A stretch of DNA of 24,214 nucleotides from Planctomycetota bacterium (GCA_038231435.1 JBBRLJ010000064.1:1-24214), one strand, 5' to 3'. Shown: positions 9,087 through 18,457, numbered from the stretch's first letter. Notes: a model not told the origin generated them from the letters alone. Translations and numbers: made by a program.

Positions 9087-9200
9087 GCCGACAGCATATC
9101 CGCTCGCGGCGCGGGCCATGCGCTGTAGGGCCTGATGACTGCGCGGCGATGACATCCTGGCGTTTCGCCGGCTGCTTTTACCGTGTGCTCCGGAGGTCAT

Positions 9201-10520
9201 ATGAGCGCAGCCGCCGTGGTCGTTGCCTATCCCGCCCCGGCCTCCGGCACCGCCGGAGCCATGCCGGCCACTGATGTCAGCGTCACCGTCGATGGGCAGC
9301 CGATCGCCGTGGCCCGCTGCCTGGCCGCCGACTACGCGGGCTTCTCGTTCTCGGGCGCGGTCGAGATCGTCGTCACGTCACGCCAGGCGATCGCCAGGCA
9401 CGTCGTGCGGCCTGCGCACCGCGGCGTGGACGCCAAGGCCGAGGGCCGCGAGCTGCGCTTCCGCGTCGACCGACCGCGCCACCTCTATGTCGAGATCGAC
9501 GGCAATCCGCCGCTGTGCATCTTTGCCAATCCGCTCGAGACCGGAGTGCCTGCGCAGGGCGACCCGGGCGTGGTGTGGTTCGGGCCCGGCGTGCACGATG
9601 CCGGCGAGATCGAGCTGACCACCGGCCAGACGCTCTACCTCGCGGGCGGGGCCATCGTGCGTGGTTCGATCCACGCGGTCGATGCCGAGCGGGTGAGCGT
9701 GCGCGGCCGCGGCGTCCTCGATGGTTCGCACTTCCCGAAGGGCGACCGCCAGCTGGTGGTGTTCGAGCACTGCCGCGACGTGCTGGTGGAAGGCATCGCC
9801 ACCATCGGCACCCCGAGCTGGAATCTGGTGATCGGCGCCTGCCAGCGCGTACACATCGACAACGTCAAGCTCATCGGCTGGGTGGTGAGCTCCGACGGCA
9901 TCGACGTGGTCGGCAGCACCGACGTGCTGATCGAGAACTGCTTCCTGCGCAACAACGATGATTGCATCGCCGTCAAGGCCATCGATCTGAGCGAGCGCAA
10001 GGGCCGCATCAAACGCGACTGGCGCGCGGACGTCGCGCGCGTGCGCGTGCGCGCCTGCGTGATGTACAACGACCACGCCGGAAACGCGCTCGAGATCGGC
10101 TTCGAGACCCGCACCGCGTCGATCAGCGACATCGTCTTCAGCGACATCGACGTCATCGGCGCTCACGGCGAGGGCGGCGTCTTCACCATCCATAACGGCG
10201 ACCGCGCGGTGGTCAGCAACGTCCGCTACGAGGACATCCGCGTCGAGCATTTCTACGATAAGCTCGTCGACATCCGCGTGCTGCATTCACGCTACAGTAA
10301 GGACCACGAGCGCGGCAGGATCCGCGACATCCACTTCAAGGACATCCAGATCATCCCCGATCTCTACAACACGCCGTCGCTGATCGGCGGCATGGGTCCG
10401 GCGAACGCGGTCGAGGGCGTGGTGTTCGAGAACGTGCGCATCGGCGATACCCACGTCGGCAATGCCGACCACCTGCATCTCTTCAGCAACGTGCACAGCT
10501 CGGGGGTTTCGTACCGGTGA
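9201..10520 (+). CDS. GH28-like pectin-lyase-fold glycoside hydrolase
   Basis: GGAGG SD at 9192-9196. WFGPGVH, LYLAGGA.V.G, GRGVLDG, SDGIDV and NNDDCIAVK motifs with beta-helix repeats; no obvious signal peptide. Confidence 0.85.
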   Translation: MSAAAVVVAYPAPASGTAGAMPATDVSVTVDGQPIAVARCLAADYAGFSFSGAVEIVVTSRQAIARHVVRPAHRGVDAKAEGRELRFRVDRPRHLYVEIDGNPPLCIFANPLETGVPAQGDPGVVWFGPGVHDAGEIELTTGQTLYLAGGAIVRGSIHAVDAERVSVRGRGVLDGSHFPKGDRQLVVFEHCRDVLVEGIATIGTPSWNLVIGACQRVHIDNVKLIGWVVSSDGIDVVGSTDVLIENCFLRNNDDCIAVKAIDLSERKGRIKRDWRADVARVRVRACVMYNDHAGNALEIGFETRTASISDIVFSDIDVIGAHGEGGVFTIHNGDRAVVSNVRYEDIRVEHFYDKLVDIRVLHSRYSKDHERGRIRDIHFKDIQIIPDLYNTPSLIGGMGPANAVEGVVFENVRIGDTHVGNADHLHLFSNVHSSGVSYR

Positions 10521-10762
10521 GGCTTGAAAGTCCGCCGAGCTCCGTTCCGCACAGGTCAGCCGAGGGCGAGGCGCAACGATAGGCGTGTCGGCGCATCGAC
10601 ATCGGCGGTGCCGCGAGAGCGCGGATTCCGCTCCCGCAATTCATCACATCGCGTGCCCGGGGGACGAGTTCGGCCACCGCGCGGTTCCAGGCGGTGAACG
10701 GTTGTAGAAGGTATTTTCACAGGGTTTGCCGGGAAGCTCAGGCCGTTTCCTAGAATGACCAC

Positions 10763-11953
10763 ATGCGCCCCATCCATGCGACCCTGACCACCGCTTCGCG
10801 GCTGGCGTTTTTACCCTGACCCTGGTCATCTGCGACCGCTCCCGCTGGAGCTGCGACCTCGACCTGGGTCGCCGCCGGCACTCCTTCTGACAGCACCTTC
10901 ACCTATGCACTGAATTGGGACGCCGTCCCGAGTCCCGCTGGAGACCTGGTGTTCGCCGCCGGTACCGCATTCGTCGCCAAGCCCGCGCCGGTGAACAACT
11001 CATCGACCACGATGAGCATCAACAACATCAACATCTACGAAGCCCACACCATCAGCGGCAATGCCGTGACCTGCAGCGGCATCAACGACAACAGCGCCAC
11101 CAACGCCACGGTGTCGATGCCGCTCGCCACGCCTGGCACCGCGGTCATGACCATCACCGTGGCCAGCGCCGGGGGCGCGCTCTATCTGCCTGGCATCATG
11201 TCCGGCGCGGGTCCGGTTACCTACGGCGGCCCAGGGCACAAGCTGCTGAGCGGGACGGGAAGCAACACGCTGACCGGGATCACCTCCCTCGGCCAGGGTA
11301 CCCTGCACATCTGGGGCACGCAGGCCGCTTCGCCGATCAATGTCACTAGTGGCACCCTGGTGCTGGCCAACGACTGCGTCGTCAACAACGTGACGCTCGG
11401 TGGCTCGGGCAGCATCCTGTCGTGCAACGAGACCCTGGCGTCGAAAAGCATGCACGGTACCTGCGCCAACCTGGTGATCGCCACCAGCAGCAGGTTCCTG
11501 CTGATCACCAGGGGCGCGGCCGCGAACGCGTACTCGAACATCAGCGCGAGCTCGGTCAACCTGACCGGCGCCATGCTGGTCGTCGATACATCAGCATACA
11601 AGCCCGTGGCTTCGTCGGTGATGACCATCATCCACAACGCTGGCGGCTTGACCGGAACCTTCGCCGGTCTTCCCCAGGGTGCGATCGTCACCTCGTCCAC
11701 CAACGTCTCGACGACATTCACGATCAGCTACACTGGTGGCGCCGGCCACGACGTGGTCTTGACCGCGCGTTCTGGGAATGGGGCCGGCACCGTGGGCGGC
11801 ACGTCGACAGGCTGGGCGACCGGAACCACTGGCGCCGGTTCCGCGAGTGGCGGCACCTACGAGAAGCCCAAGGGCCATTCGTACGGCTTCGGCGGCGGCG
11901 CGCTGGCCATGCTGCTCGCGGCAGGCCTGCTGGCTGCGCGCCGCAAGGTCTAG
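10763..11953 (+). pseudogene. Secreted/surface autotransporter-passenger-like beta-strand-repeat protein with a C-terminal membrane anchor; in-frame TGA at codon 19
   Basis: ATG 10763 is in frame with the 10949 ORF and follows TAGAAT-N6; TGA lies at 10817-10819. Mature-like ATSTW...NWD..P..GDLVF, GHKLLSGTGSNTLTGITSLGQGTL repeat, GTFAGLPQGA...FTISYTGG.GHDVVLT, G/T linker, GFGGG-hydrophobic-RRKV tail. Confidence 0.75.
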
Positions 11954-11999
11954 CCCGGGGACGGGCCGAGGCTGCTGCCTCGCCCGCATCGTAACATCC

Positions 12000-12041
12000 G
12001 CCGCGCGGATTCGGGCAACGCTCGGATCCGCGCGGCTTTTT
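12000..12041 (+). terminator. Intrinsic terminator
   Basis: 17-bp stem GCCGCGCGGATTCGGGC-AAC-GCTCGGATCCGCGCGGC (two G-U pairs) followed by TTTTT, between convergent genes. Confidence 0.8.
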
Positions 12042-12046
12042 CCGGT

Positions 12047-12865
12047 CTAGCGCTCGCGGATTTCGCGGGGCGTCTTACCAGTGAGGCGTCGAAAGCGCTT
12101 GCTGAAATACTTGGCGTCGCAGAAACCGAGCGACGCGGCGATCTCGCCGATGTCATCGTAGGACATGCGCAAGCGGCGCTCGGCGTGCTCGATGCGCAGC
12201 CGCTCGTGGAACGCGCTCGGCGATTCCCCGACGTGCGCCTTGAACAAGCTCGCGAGATGAGAGCGCGACATGCCGCACAGCGCGGCGAGCCGGGCAAGCG
12301 CGATCGGTTGGCGCAGATGCCCGCGCAGGTGCTCCACCGCCCGGCCGATGCGCGGATCCATCGCCGCATCCGCGGCGCAGTCGCCATGCGCCAGCAGCAG
12401 TGCCTTCTCGAGCGCGTTGAGCGCGAGGTCGTGCCCGTGCCGCGCTGTCCCGTTGGCGAGCGCATGCACGCGCAGCAGCTCGCGCCTGATCCGACCGGTC
12501 AACGCGCCGCTCGAGAATTCGAGCAGGCTGTACCCGGGCAGCACCTCCTCGAAGCGCAGCCATGGATACCAGTGCGGCCGGGGGACGAAGACGCTGTAGA
12601 CGCAGTCCCAGTGCGCCGTGCCGCCACGGCCCGTGACCTCGGGAACGGTCCACGCGTTGAAAGTGCGCGGCCGCAGCACCACCACCGTGCCCGGCAACGA
12701 GCGCAGCGGCTCGGCGGCGATGCGCAGGTCGGCTCGTCCCGACAGGGTCATGCCGATCACCCAGGCGTCCATGGCTCCTTCCGCCGCGGCGCCGGCCACG
12801 GCGCGGTGGCGGAAGCTTACCACAGTTCCCGCGCGCTCCTGCTGATCAGGCGGCCGGCGGCTCAT
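12047..12865 (-). CDS. AraC-family transcriptional regulator
   Basis: N-terminal cupin-like domain; C-terminal double HTH (LAALCGMSRSHLASLFK...IGEIAASLGFCDAKYFSKRFRRLTGKTP). Confidence 0.93.
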   Translation of the reverse strand: MSRRPPDQQERAGTVVSFRHRAVAGAAAEGAMDAWVIGMTLSGRADLRIAAEPLRSLPGTVVVLRPRTFNAWTVPEVTGRGGTAHWDCVYSVFVPRPHWYPWLRFEEVLPGYSLLEFSSGALTGRIRRELLRVHALANGTARHGHDLALNALEKALLLAHGDCAADAAMDPRIGRAVEHLRGHLRQPIALARLAALCGMSRSHLASLFKAHVGESPSAFHERLRIEHAERRLRMSYDDIGEIAASLGFCDAKYFSKRFRRLTGKTPREIRER

Positions 12866-12930
12866 TGGACGATCTTACCCCATGATTGGACTGACGTGCC
12901 GTTGTGTCCGCTGATATGGCGGCATATAAT
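12864..12930 (+). promoter_or_regulatory. Sigma70 promoter for the dioxygenase with candidate tandem AraC sites
   Basis: TTGTGT (12902-12907)-N17-TATAAT (12925-12930); ATTGGAC direct repeats at 12864 and 12885 (21-bp period). Confidence 0.7.
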
Positions 12931-12970
12931 GGGGATATACCGCAAATATAATCCTCCAGGAGCAGAGACC

Positions 12971-13795
12971 ATGTCCGCAGTATTGGACGAACATCCTCGA
13001 TTGCTAGACGATGCCCCGCTCGGCGCCGAGCGCATCCAGCTCCTGGTGGAAACCTTCAATCGCGAGGGCGTGGTCAAGGTCGGGCGCCTGCTTGACGAGG
13101 ACGAGGCGGCCTCGTTCAAGCAGCGCGTCGATCGCGTGTTCGCTGATCCGCGCTCGCTGGAGACGGACACCCTCTATTCGGATTTCATCGCCACCCGGCT
13201 GTTCGAGCACGATGCCGCTTTCCGCGCACTGATGATGCGCGAGCCGATGATCGGCCTCATGGAAGCGATCCTCGGCGCCGATTGCCACCTGGTGTCGAAC
13301 AATGTGGTGCGAAACCGGCCGGGACAGGGCATCGACACCTTCCACGCCGACGACTTCATCTGGTTCCCGCTGCCCGAGGGCATCCCGCGCCACGATCCGC
13401 GTCTCACGCTTCCGGTGTTCATCGTCAACGCGCACATCGCCCTGACCGAGATCGGCTCGGACGAGGACGGTCCGCTGCAGTACGTCCCCGGCAGCCACTA
13501 TTCCGGCCGCCACCCCACCGACGGACAGGATCCGGCGTTCGAGGGGCGCCGAGCCGTATCCATCCACTGCCGTCCTGGCGAGCTGTATCTCCAACATCCG
13601 CAGGTCTGGCACCGTGGCGCGATCAATCGATCCGAGCGCACGCGCTGCGTCCTGGGCTATGCCTTCGGCCGCCGTTTCGTCGCCCAACGCTTCTATCCGT
13701 TCCTGAATTACCGCATGCCCGATGCGGTGCTCGCGGGCGCCGATGAGCGCACGCTGCGCGTGCTGGGAAAGCATCCCAAGGGTGCCTACGGCTGA
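12971..13795 (+). CDS. Phytanoyl-CoA dioxygenase (PhyH)-family Fe(II)/2-oxoglutarate oxygenase
   Basis: AGGAG SD at 12958-12962; F.REGVV, H-x-D (FHADD), GPLQYVPGSH, distal His VWHRGAIN...R; 274 aa. Confidence 0.9.
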   Translation: MSAVLDEHPRLLDDAPLGAERIQLLVETFNREGVVKVGRLLDEDEAASFKQRVDRVFADPRSLETDTLYSDFIATRLFEHDAAFRALMMREPMIGLMEAILGADCHLVSNNVVRNRPGQGIDTFHADDFIWFPLPEGIPRHDPRLTLPVFIVNAHIALTEIGSDEDGPLQYVPGSHYSGRHPTDGQDPAFEGRRAVSIHCRPGELYLQHPQVWHRGAINRSERTRCVLGYAFGRRFVAQRFYPFLNYRMPDAVLAGADERTLRVLGKHPKGAYG

Positions 13796-13837
13796 GCGGT
13801 CGACCGCGACGTGCACGAACACATCCGAGGAACATTC

Positions 13838-14131
13838 ATGCCGCTCCTGATCCATTCCCAGCATTTCCATGACACCGAGGGACGGCTCGCCTTCCCGTCA
13901 TTGCTGGACGAAGCGCATCGCCTGGTGTCCCGCTTCGAGGGCTTCATCGCCCTGCGGCGCCTGGTCCCGGAGGGGGTCGGAGCCGCGGGGGAGTGCCACC
14001 TGATGGTCGAATTCGCCGACCAGGAAACCTGGAACGCCTGGGTGGCGAGCCCCGAGCACGACCTCATCGCTGCCAAGATGATGGGCCATTGGACCCGCGA
14101 GCCGCTGGTGCGCGTGTTCCAGGCGCTCTGA
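13838..14131 (+). CDS. Antibiotic biosynthesis monooxygenase (ABM)-like dimeric alpha/beta barrel protein
   Basis: GAGG SD; 97 aa; EGFIALRRL...VEFADQETWNAWVASPEH pattern. Confidence 0.8.
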   Translation: MPLLIHSQHFHDTEGRLAFPSLLDEAHRLVSRFEGFIALRRLVPEGVGAAGECHLMVEFADQETWNAWVASPEHDLIAAKMMGHWTREPLVRVFQAL

Positions 14132-14176
14132 GCTGGAGGCGATCCGGAATCCAGACGGATGTCGGCAGGGTGCGTC

Positions 14177-14205
14177 GGCAGCGCTCATTGGCAGCGCTCA
14201 TTGGC
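14177..14205. repeat. 13-bp tandem duplication over a stop codon
   Basis: GGCAGCGCTCATT x2 followed by GGC. Confidence 0.8.
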
Positions 14206-14617
14206 TGACGGCGATGAACCACTTCGGCCTGATGCGCCCATAGTCGGTCCGCGCATGCGTCCGCAACGATGCCTTCGAATCGAGGACGCGGGCGTTCCCA
14301 TCCGCGTCCCTGACGAACACCGCCCAATGCCAGAACGGCACGCGCTGTTCCAGGTGCCATTTGGTCGCGAGCAAGGCCAGGTCCGGCAGCGACGACCATG
14401 ACGAAAACCGCGTTTCCGATTCGCGCGTGCGGAATCCGAGTTTCCGCAGGAGCTTGCGCACGTGGCGCGTCTGCGACCACAACGACGGATCCCGCGCCGA
14501 GATCCCCAGCTCGCCAGCGACCTGTCGCGCTCTCGCATAGCTGATCCCCGCGATCGCGGCGCAGCTGGCGATCGCGCACCCGGTGGCTTCTTCCTGGACG
14601 ACGGGGGAACGTTCCAT
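14198..14617 (-). CDS. Stand-alone peptidase C39-like (papain-fold) protein
   Basis: GAGGAG SD; Q-x5-C (VQEEATGCAIA), WHWAVF and VLDS give a Cys-His-Asp triad order; 139 aa. Confidence 0.75.
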   Translation of the reverse strand: MERSPVVQEEATGCAIASCAAIAGISYARARQVAGELGISARDPSLWSQTRHVRKLLRKLGFRTRESETRFSSWSSLPDLALLATKWHLEQRVPFWHWAVFVRDADGNARVLDSKASLRTHARTDYGRIRPKWFIAVSQ

Positions 14618-14787
14618 GGGTCGCTCCTCGTGGGATGCGGTGGAGACGGGAACATACGGTGGCAAGGGATGCGCGGCAATCGCTCGCGCTCCGTGCGCGC
14701 GGCAGGCGAGCCCGATCCCTCGAGGTCCGGCGGGTGGAACTCTCGAAACCCGCCGTATGCTCACGGCGCACCCATCAGGACGGGAAT

Positions 14788-15249
<462 letters not shown>

Positions 15250-15807
15250 AGCTCCGGCTCCGAACCGAGTGCTTCACCACGGATCGCAACCGATCGCCAC
15301 GCTTCGTGTCGGCGTTCTTCCCGACGATCAGCAGCGGTCGTGCTCGTTCGGCTCTGATCAGCTGAGCTTACCCTCCGCGGCCGCCAGCCGCTCGAGGTTC
15401 TGTGCGTTCGCCGGCACTCAGATCGCACGCAGAGCGGCGCGGCCCTTCGGCCTTTGCGATCCTCTGGCGCCAATGCCATGCACCTCGGTCTCGAAGCCGT
15501 GCTCGGTCAGCGTCGCGACGAGTCGGAACCGAGGCGTGCTTGATCGCCCACCGCTCGGGGAACCCCGCAGCTCGACGAAGCGGCACTCATTCGGAGGCGA
15601 TTTACCGCAGGGCCGTGCAAGGTGAATCGCCTCTAGCCGCCCGTCCGCAGGGCACAGCGTGACGGTGCTGGTGAAACCGTTCGGCCTTCAATAGGGGCCC
15701 GGCGACCCCGCCACTGACCGCTTCATGTTACCACAGCACTTGTATAGTCCCTGCGACCGAGGACTGTCTCCGGCCCGACCCTCCATACCCGACATTGAGG
15801 TAATCCC

Positions 15808-17850
15808 ATGGTTTCCGCACAGGAACCTTCGTACCAGACCATTGGCAGCCTCGCCATGCTGATGGCCTTGTTCGTGTTCGCTCCGGCTGTCAGCGCTGCC
15901 GAAACCAAGGTGTTGCTCTGCACCGGAGACTTCGGGATGTGGGCGCAGGACCGCGTGCCCATGATCGTGAATGCGGTCGAGAAGGCGGCGCCTGGTAAGG
16001 TGGTCTGGGAATCCGAGCAGAGCTTCAATTTCGTCAAGAAGCTCGAGGCGCCTGGCTTTGCCGACCGCTTCGACGTCATCGCCTGCGGCGACATCGCGAT
16101 CGGACAGTTCACCATCGAGGCCCAGGAGGCGATCGTCCACTTCGTCGAGCGCGGGGGTGGCTTCATCTACGTGATTGATGCCAAATCTGGATGCCCGCTG
16201 CGCTCGTCGCGCGAGGTCGTGCCCGCGCCGCTGGTCGCGATCCTGCCCTATGCATTCCCGGATGCGAATCCGCTCACCGGTGCGCGCAAGGACGCAACGG
16301 TGTTCACACTTGATGATCCGTTCTTCAAGGGCCTCGACTTCTCGACCACGTCGTTCATGAAGGAGGCGGACGGCAAGGCGAAGCCCGTCGACAAGATTCC
16401 GCCGGCAGCGCTCGAGCGCGCGCACGGCAAGGGCCGCGTCATCGCGCTCTACGGCTTCTTCAGCGCATCCTACGCGTACAAGTCCTACGCCACCTACGAG
16501 CACAAGGCGGGTGGCTGGGACGAGTGGCCCCAGTTGGGCGAACTGTGGTCGCGGGTCGTGGAGCGTGCGGCCGAGAAGAGCCCCGCGCGGGCGCAAGGCC
16601 GTGCGCAGCTGGATGCAGCGATCAAGCGCCAAGCCGTCGGCTACGAGGTGGCGGTCGATACGAGCAAGATCATCGATGACATCCGCGCCTCGGACTTCAG
16701 CATCGTCGCGTTGCAGCAGCTCTACAACGAGGACGGGGGCGCCAACGAGAAGCTGTTCCTCGATCTCAATCCGCTCGACTGGTTCGACCGCCGCACCCAG
16801 GAGGTGCTGGCGAATACTGCCGGTACGAAGACGGATAAGCCGGCGCTATTCCGCGAATACCACATCAAAGGCATACACATGGCCGATAATTCCTACGGGA
16901 GTTACGGCAAGTGGGACGACAAGAAGTACGAGGAGCAGATCGCCAGCGCCGTAGACATCGCCCAAAAATATCCTGACATCATGGAGTTCTTCCAGCCCGG
17001 CAACGAGCCCCCGCTCGACCCCGGCTACTTCGCCTTCCACAACCGCATCGCCAAGGGCGTCATCGCCGGAGCCCCGGCGATGAAAATCGTCGGACCGAAC
17101 CGCGCCTTCAACATCGAGGGGGTCGATGACAAAGGCATGCGCGAGTTCATCGATGCATGTGGCAATACCACCGACGTGCTGAACTGGCACATCTACGCCC
17201 AGCCGCCGTCCATCGTGCTGAGGGAGGCCCTGTACTGGAGCGCTTACGCCAAGGGCAAGATGCGCTCGCCGGGGCCTGCGCCGGTGATGTTCACTGAGAG
17301 CGACGCGTGGAATACTGGTGACTCCCAGTTCAACTATATCATGGATCGCGCTTTCACCTTCCTTCCTGAGAAGACCATCATCGGCGCATTCCAGTACTGC
17401 ATGGATTCGCGCTTCGAGGGCGGCACCTACCATTTCGGCGTGCTCCAGCCCGAAGGCGAGTTCTCGGCGAACTACAACGGCTACTGGGTGTGGAGGAATC
17501 TGCGCGGTAAGATGGTGTCGACGGCCGTAGCCGTGCCGGATGCGGCCGCGACCGGGGCTACGGCGCATCTGCACGCGATCTCGTCAATCTCGGCTGACGG
17601 CAAGACCGTCACCGCCGTCATCTACCATGATACCGGCTGGTACGATGGCGAGGCCAAGCGTGCGGCGACATCTGCGACGGTTAAGCTCACGGTTAAACTG
17701 CCCCCCGGCTCCTTTTCCTTGTCGCGATCCGAAGTCTCGTGGAACGTGCGCAAGGCCACCGAGGTTCCCGGCGTAGCGGAGAAGCAGGCGACCGTCGAAG
17801 CGACGCTGGCGCCATGCGAGGCTGTGGCGTTCACGTGGACGAGTAAGTAG
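15808..17850 (+). CDS. Secreted protein: class-I GATase-like N-terminal domain + clan GH-A (GH39-like) TIM barrel + beta-sandwich
   Basis: GAGG SD; signal peptide ending AVSA-AE; FDVIACGD...AIVHFVERGGGFI...GKGRVIAL; GNEP (acid/base), KIVGP, DVLNWHIY, MFTESD (nucleophile), FGVL. Confidence 0.75.
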   Translation: MVSAQEPSYQTIGSLAMLMALFVFAPAVSAAETKVLLCTGDFGMWAQDRVPMIVNAVEKAAPGKVVWESEQSFNFVKKLEAPGFADRFDVIACGDIAIGQFTIEAQEAIVHFVERGGGFIYVIDAKSGCPLRSSREVVPAPLVAILPYAFPDANPLTGARKDATVFTLDDPFFKGLDFSTTSFMKEADGKAKPVDKIPPAALERAHGKGRVIALYGFFSASYAYKSYATYEHKAGGWDEWPQLGELWSRVVERAAEKSPARAQGRAQLDAAIKRQAVGYEVAVDTSKIIDDIRASDFSIVALQQLYNEDGGANEKLFLDLNPLDWFDRRTQEVLANTAGTKTDKPALFREYHIKGIHMADNSYGSYGKWDDKKYEEQIASAVDIAQKYPDIMEFFQPGNEPPLDPGYFAFHNRIAKGVIAGAPAMKIVGPNRAFNIEGVDDKGMREFIDACGNTTDVLNWHIYAQPPSIVLREALYWSAYAKGKMRSPGPAPVMFTESDAWNTGDSQFNYIMDRAFTFLPEKTIIGAFQYCMDSRFEGGTYHFGVLQPEGEFSANYNGYWVWRNLRGKMVSTAVAVPDAAATGATAHLHAISSISADGKTVTAVIYHDTGWYDGEAKRAATSATVKLTVKLPPGSFSLSRSEVSWNVRKATEVPGVAEKQATVEATLAPCEAVAFTWTSK

Positions 17851-17856
17851 AGCTTC

Positions 17857-17894
17857 GCGTTCCTGGAGCCGGCGTTGGCCGGTTCCAGGAACGC
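17857..17894. terminator. Hairpin between convergent genes (probable terminator)
   Basis: GCGTTCCTGGAGCCGGC-GTTG-GCCGGTTCCAGGAACGC, 17-bp stem with one G-U pair; U-tail is weak. Confidence 0.65.
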
Positions 17895-17900
17895 TTCGGT

Positions 17901-18457
17901 TCACTGCTTACATTCGTACGCTCCCATGTCGGGGACTCCGCCGGTGGGGCGAGCCCCTCCAGCGATGCCACCGGTGACCCCGGCGAACATGATGCCCGCG
18001 TCGCCAACGTTGTTGGCGACGGTATTGGACGAGAGCACAGTGGTGGCGCCGCTGTTGACGTAGTCGAACCAGATGCCGCTGCTCTTGTTGTCATGCATTT
18101 GGTTGTGGCCCAGCGTGCCGTTGCCATCCGACGTCAGTGTCACGCCACCCGTATGTAACATGAAATTGAAGTTGCGGTAATTGTTGTAGTGATGGTGCCG
18201 TCACGGATCAGAAGCTCGTCGAACCTGCGCCGTTGCTGATGCCGTCCCCGCAGTTGGGGACCACGCAGGTCGATGATCTCGTCGTCCGCCTTCTGGTTGC
18301 GCAGCGCGATGCCGGCGAAATCGCACCATTGCACGTCACGAGTCTCGAGACGCGAGTGAGCGCCCATCTCGAAGGCGCCGCCATAGATCGCCGTGGCCGA
18401 GGTGTTGCAGTGACGGAAGGTCAACCCTTTCACCTGCATGTAGGAGGTGAATTCCAT
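17901..18457 (-). pseudogene. Decayed right-handed parallel beta-helix protein
   Basis: Fragments in two frames: VKGLTFRHCN...VQWCDFAGI, then HYNNYRNF...HDNKSSGIWFD...NTVANN...PDMGAYE; frameshift near 18190; no N-terminus visible. Confidence 0.7.

Noticed and set aside
3292..9128. Long antisense or alternate-frame ORFs (e.g. 3292-4944, 4560-6200, 7497-9128)
   Set aside because: These are shadow ORFs of high-GC genes: Arg/Ala/Pro-rich or antisense mirror translations with no recognisable motifs.
10817..10850. Selenocysteine or genetic-code recoding of the in-frame TGA
   Set aside because: The TGA lies in a signal-peptide region, there is no convincing SECIS, TGA is a normal stop for many genes here, and a local double indel explains it better.
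12185..12970. 536-aa N-terminally extended dioxygenase from the ORF track
   Set aside because: The extension is the antisense of araC; the promoter and SD point to ATG 12971.
12971..14617. RiPP cluster (oxygenase + ABM + C39 peptidase)
   Set aside because: The peptidase is convergent with the other two genes, and no precursor peptide or exporter is visible.
15250..15690. Gene or gene remnant between DUF1801 and the secreted glycosidase
   Set aside because: A minus-strand frame looks partly coding (LVATLTEHGFETEVHGIG...) but has stops and no family I can identify.
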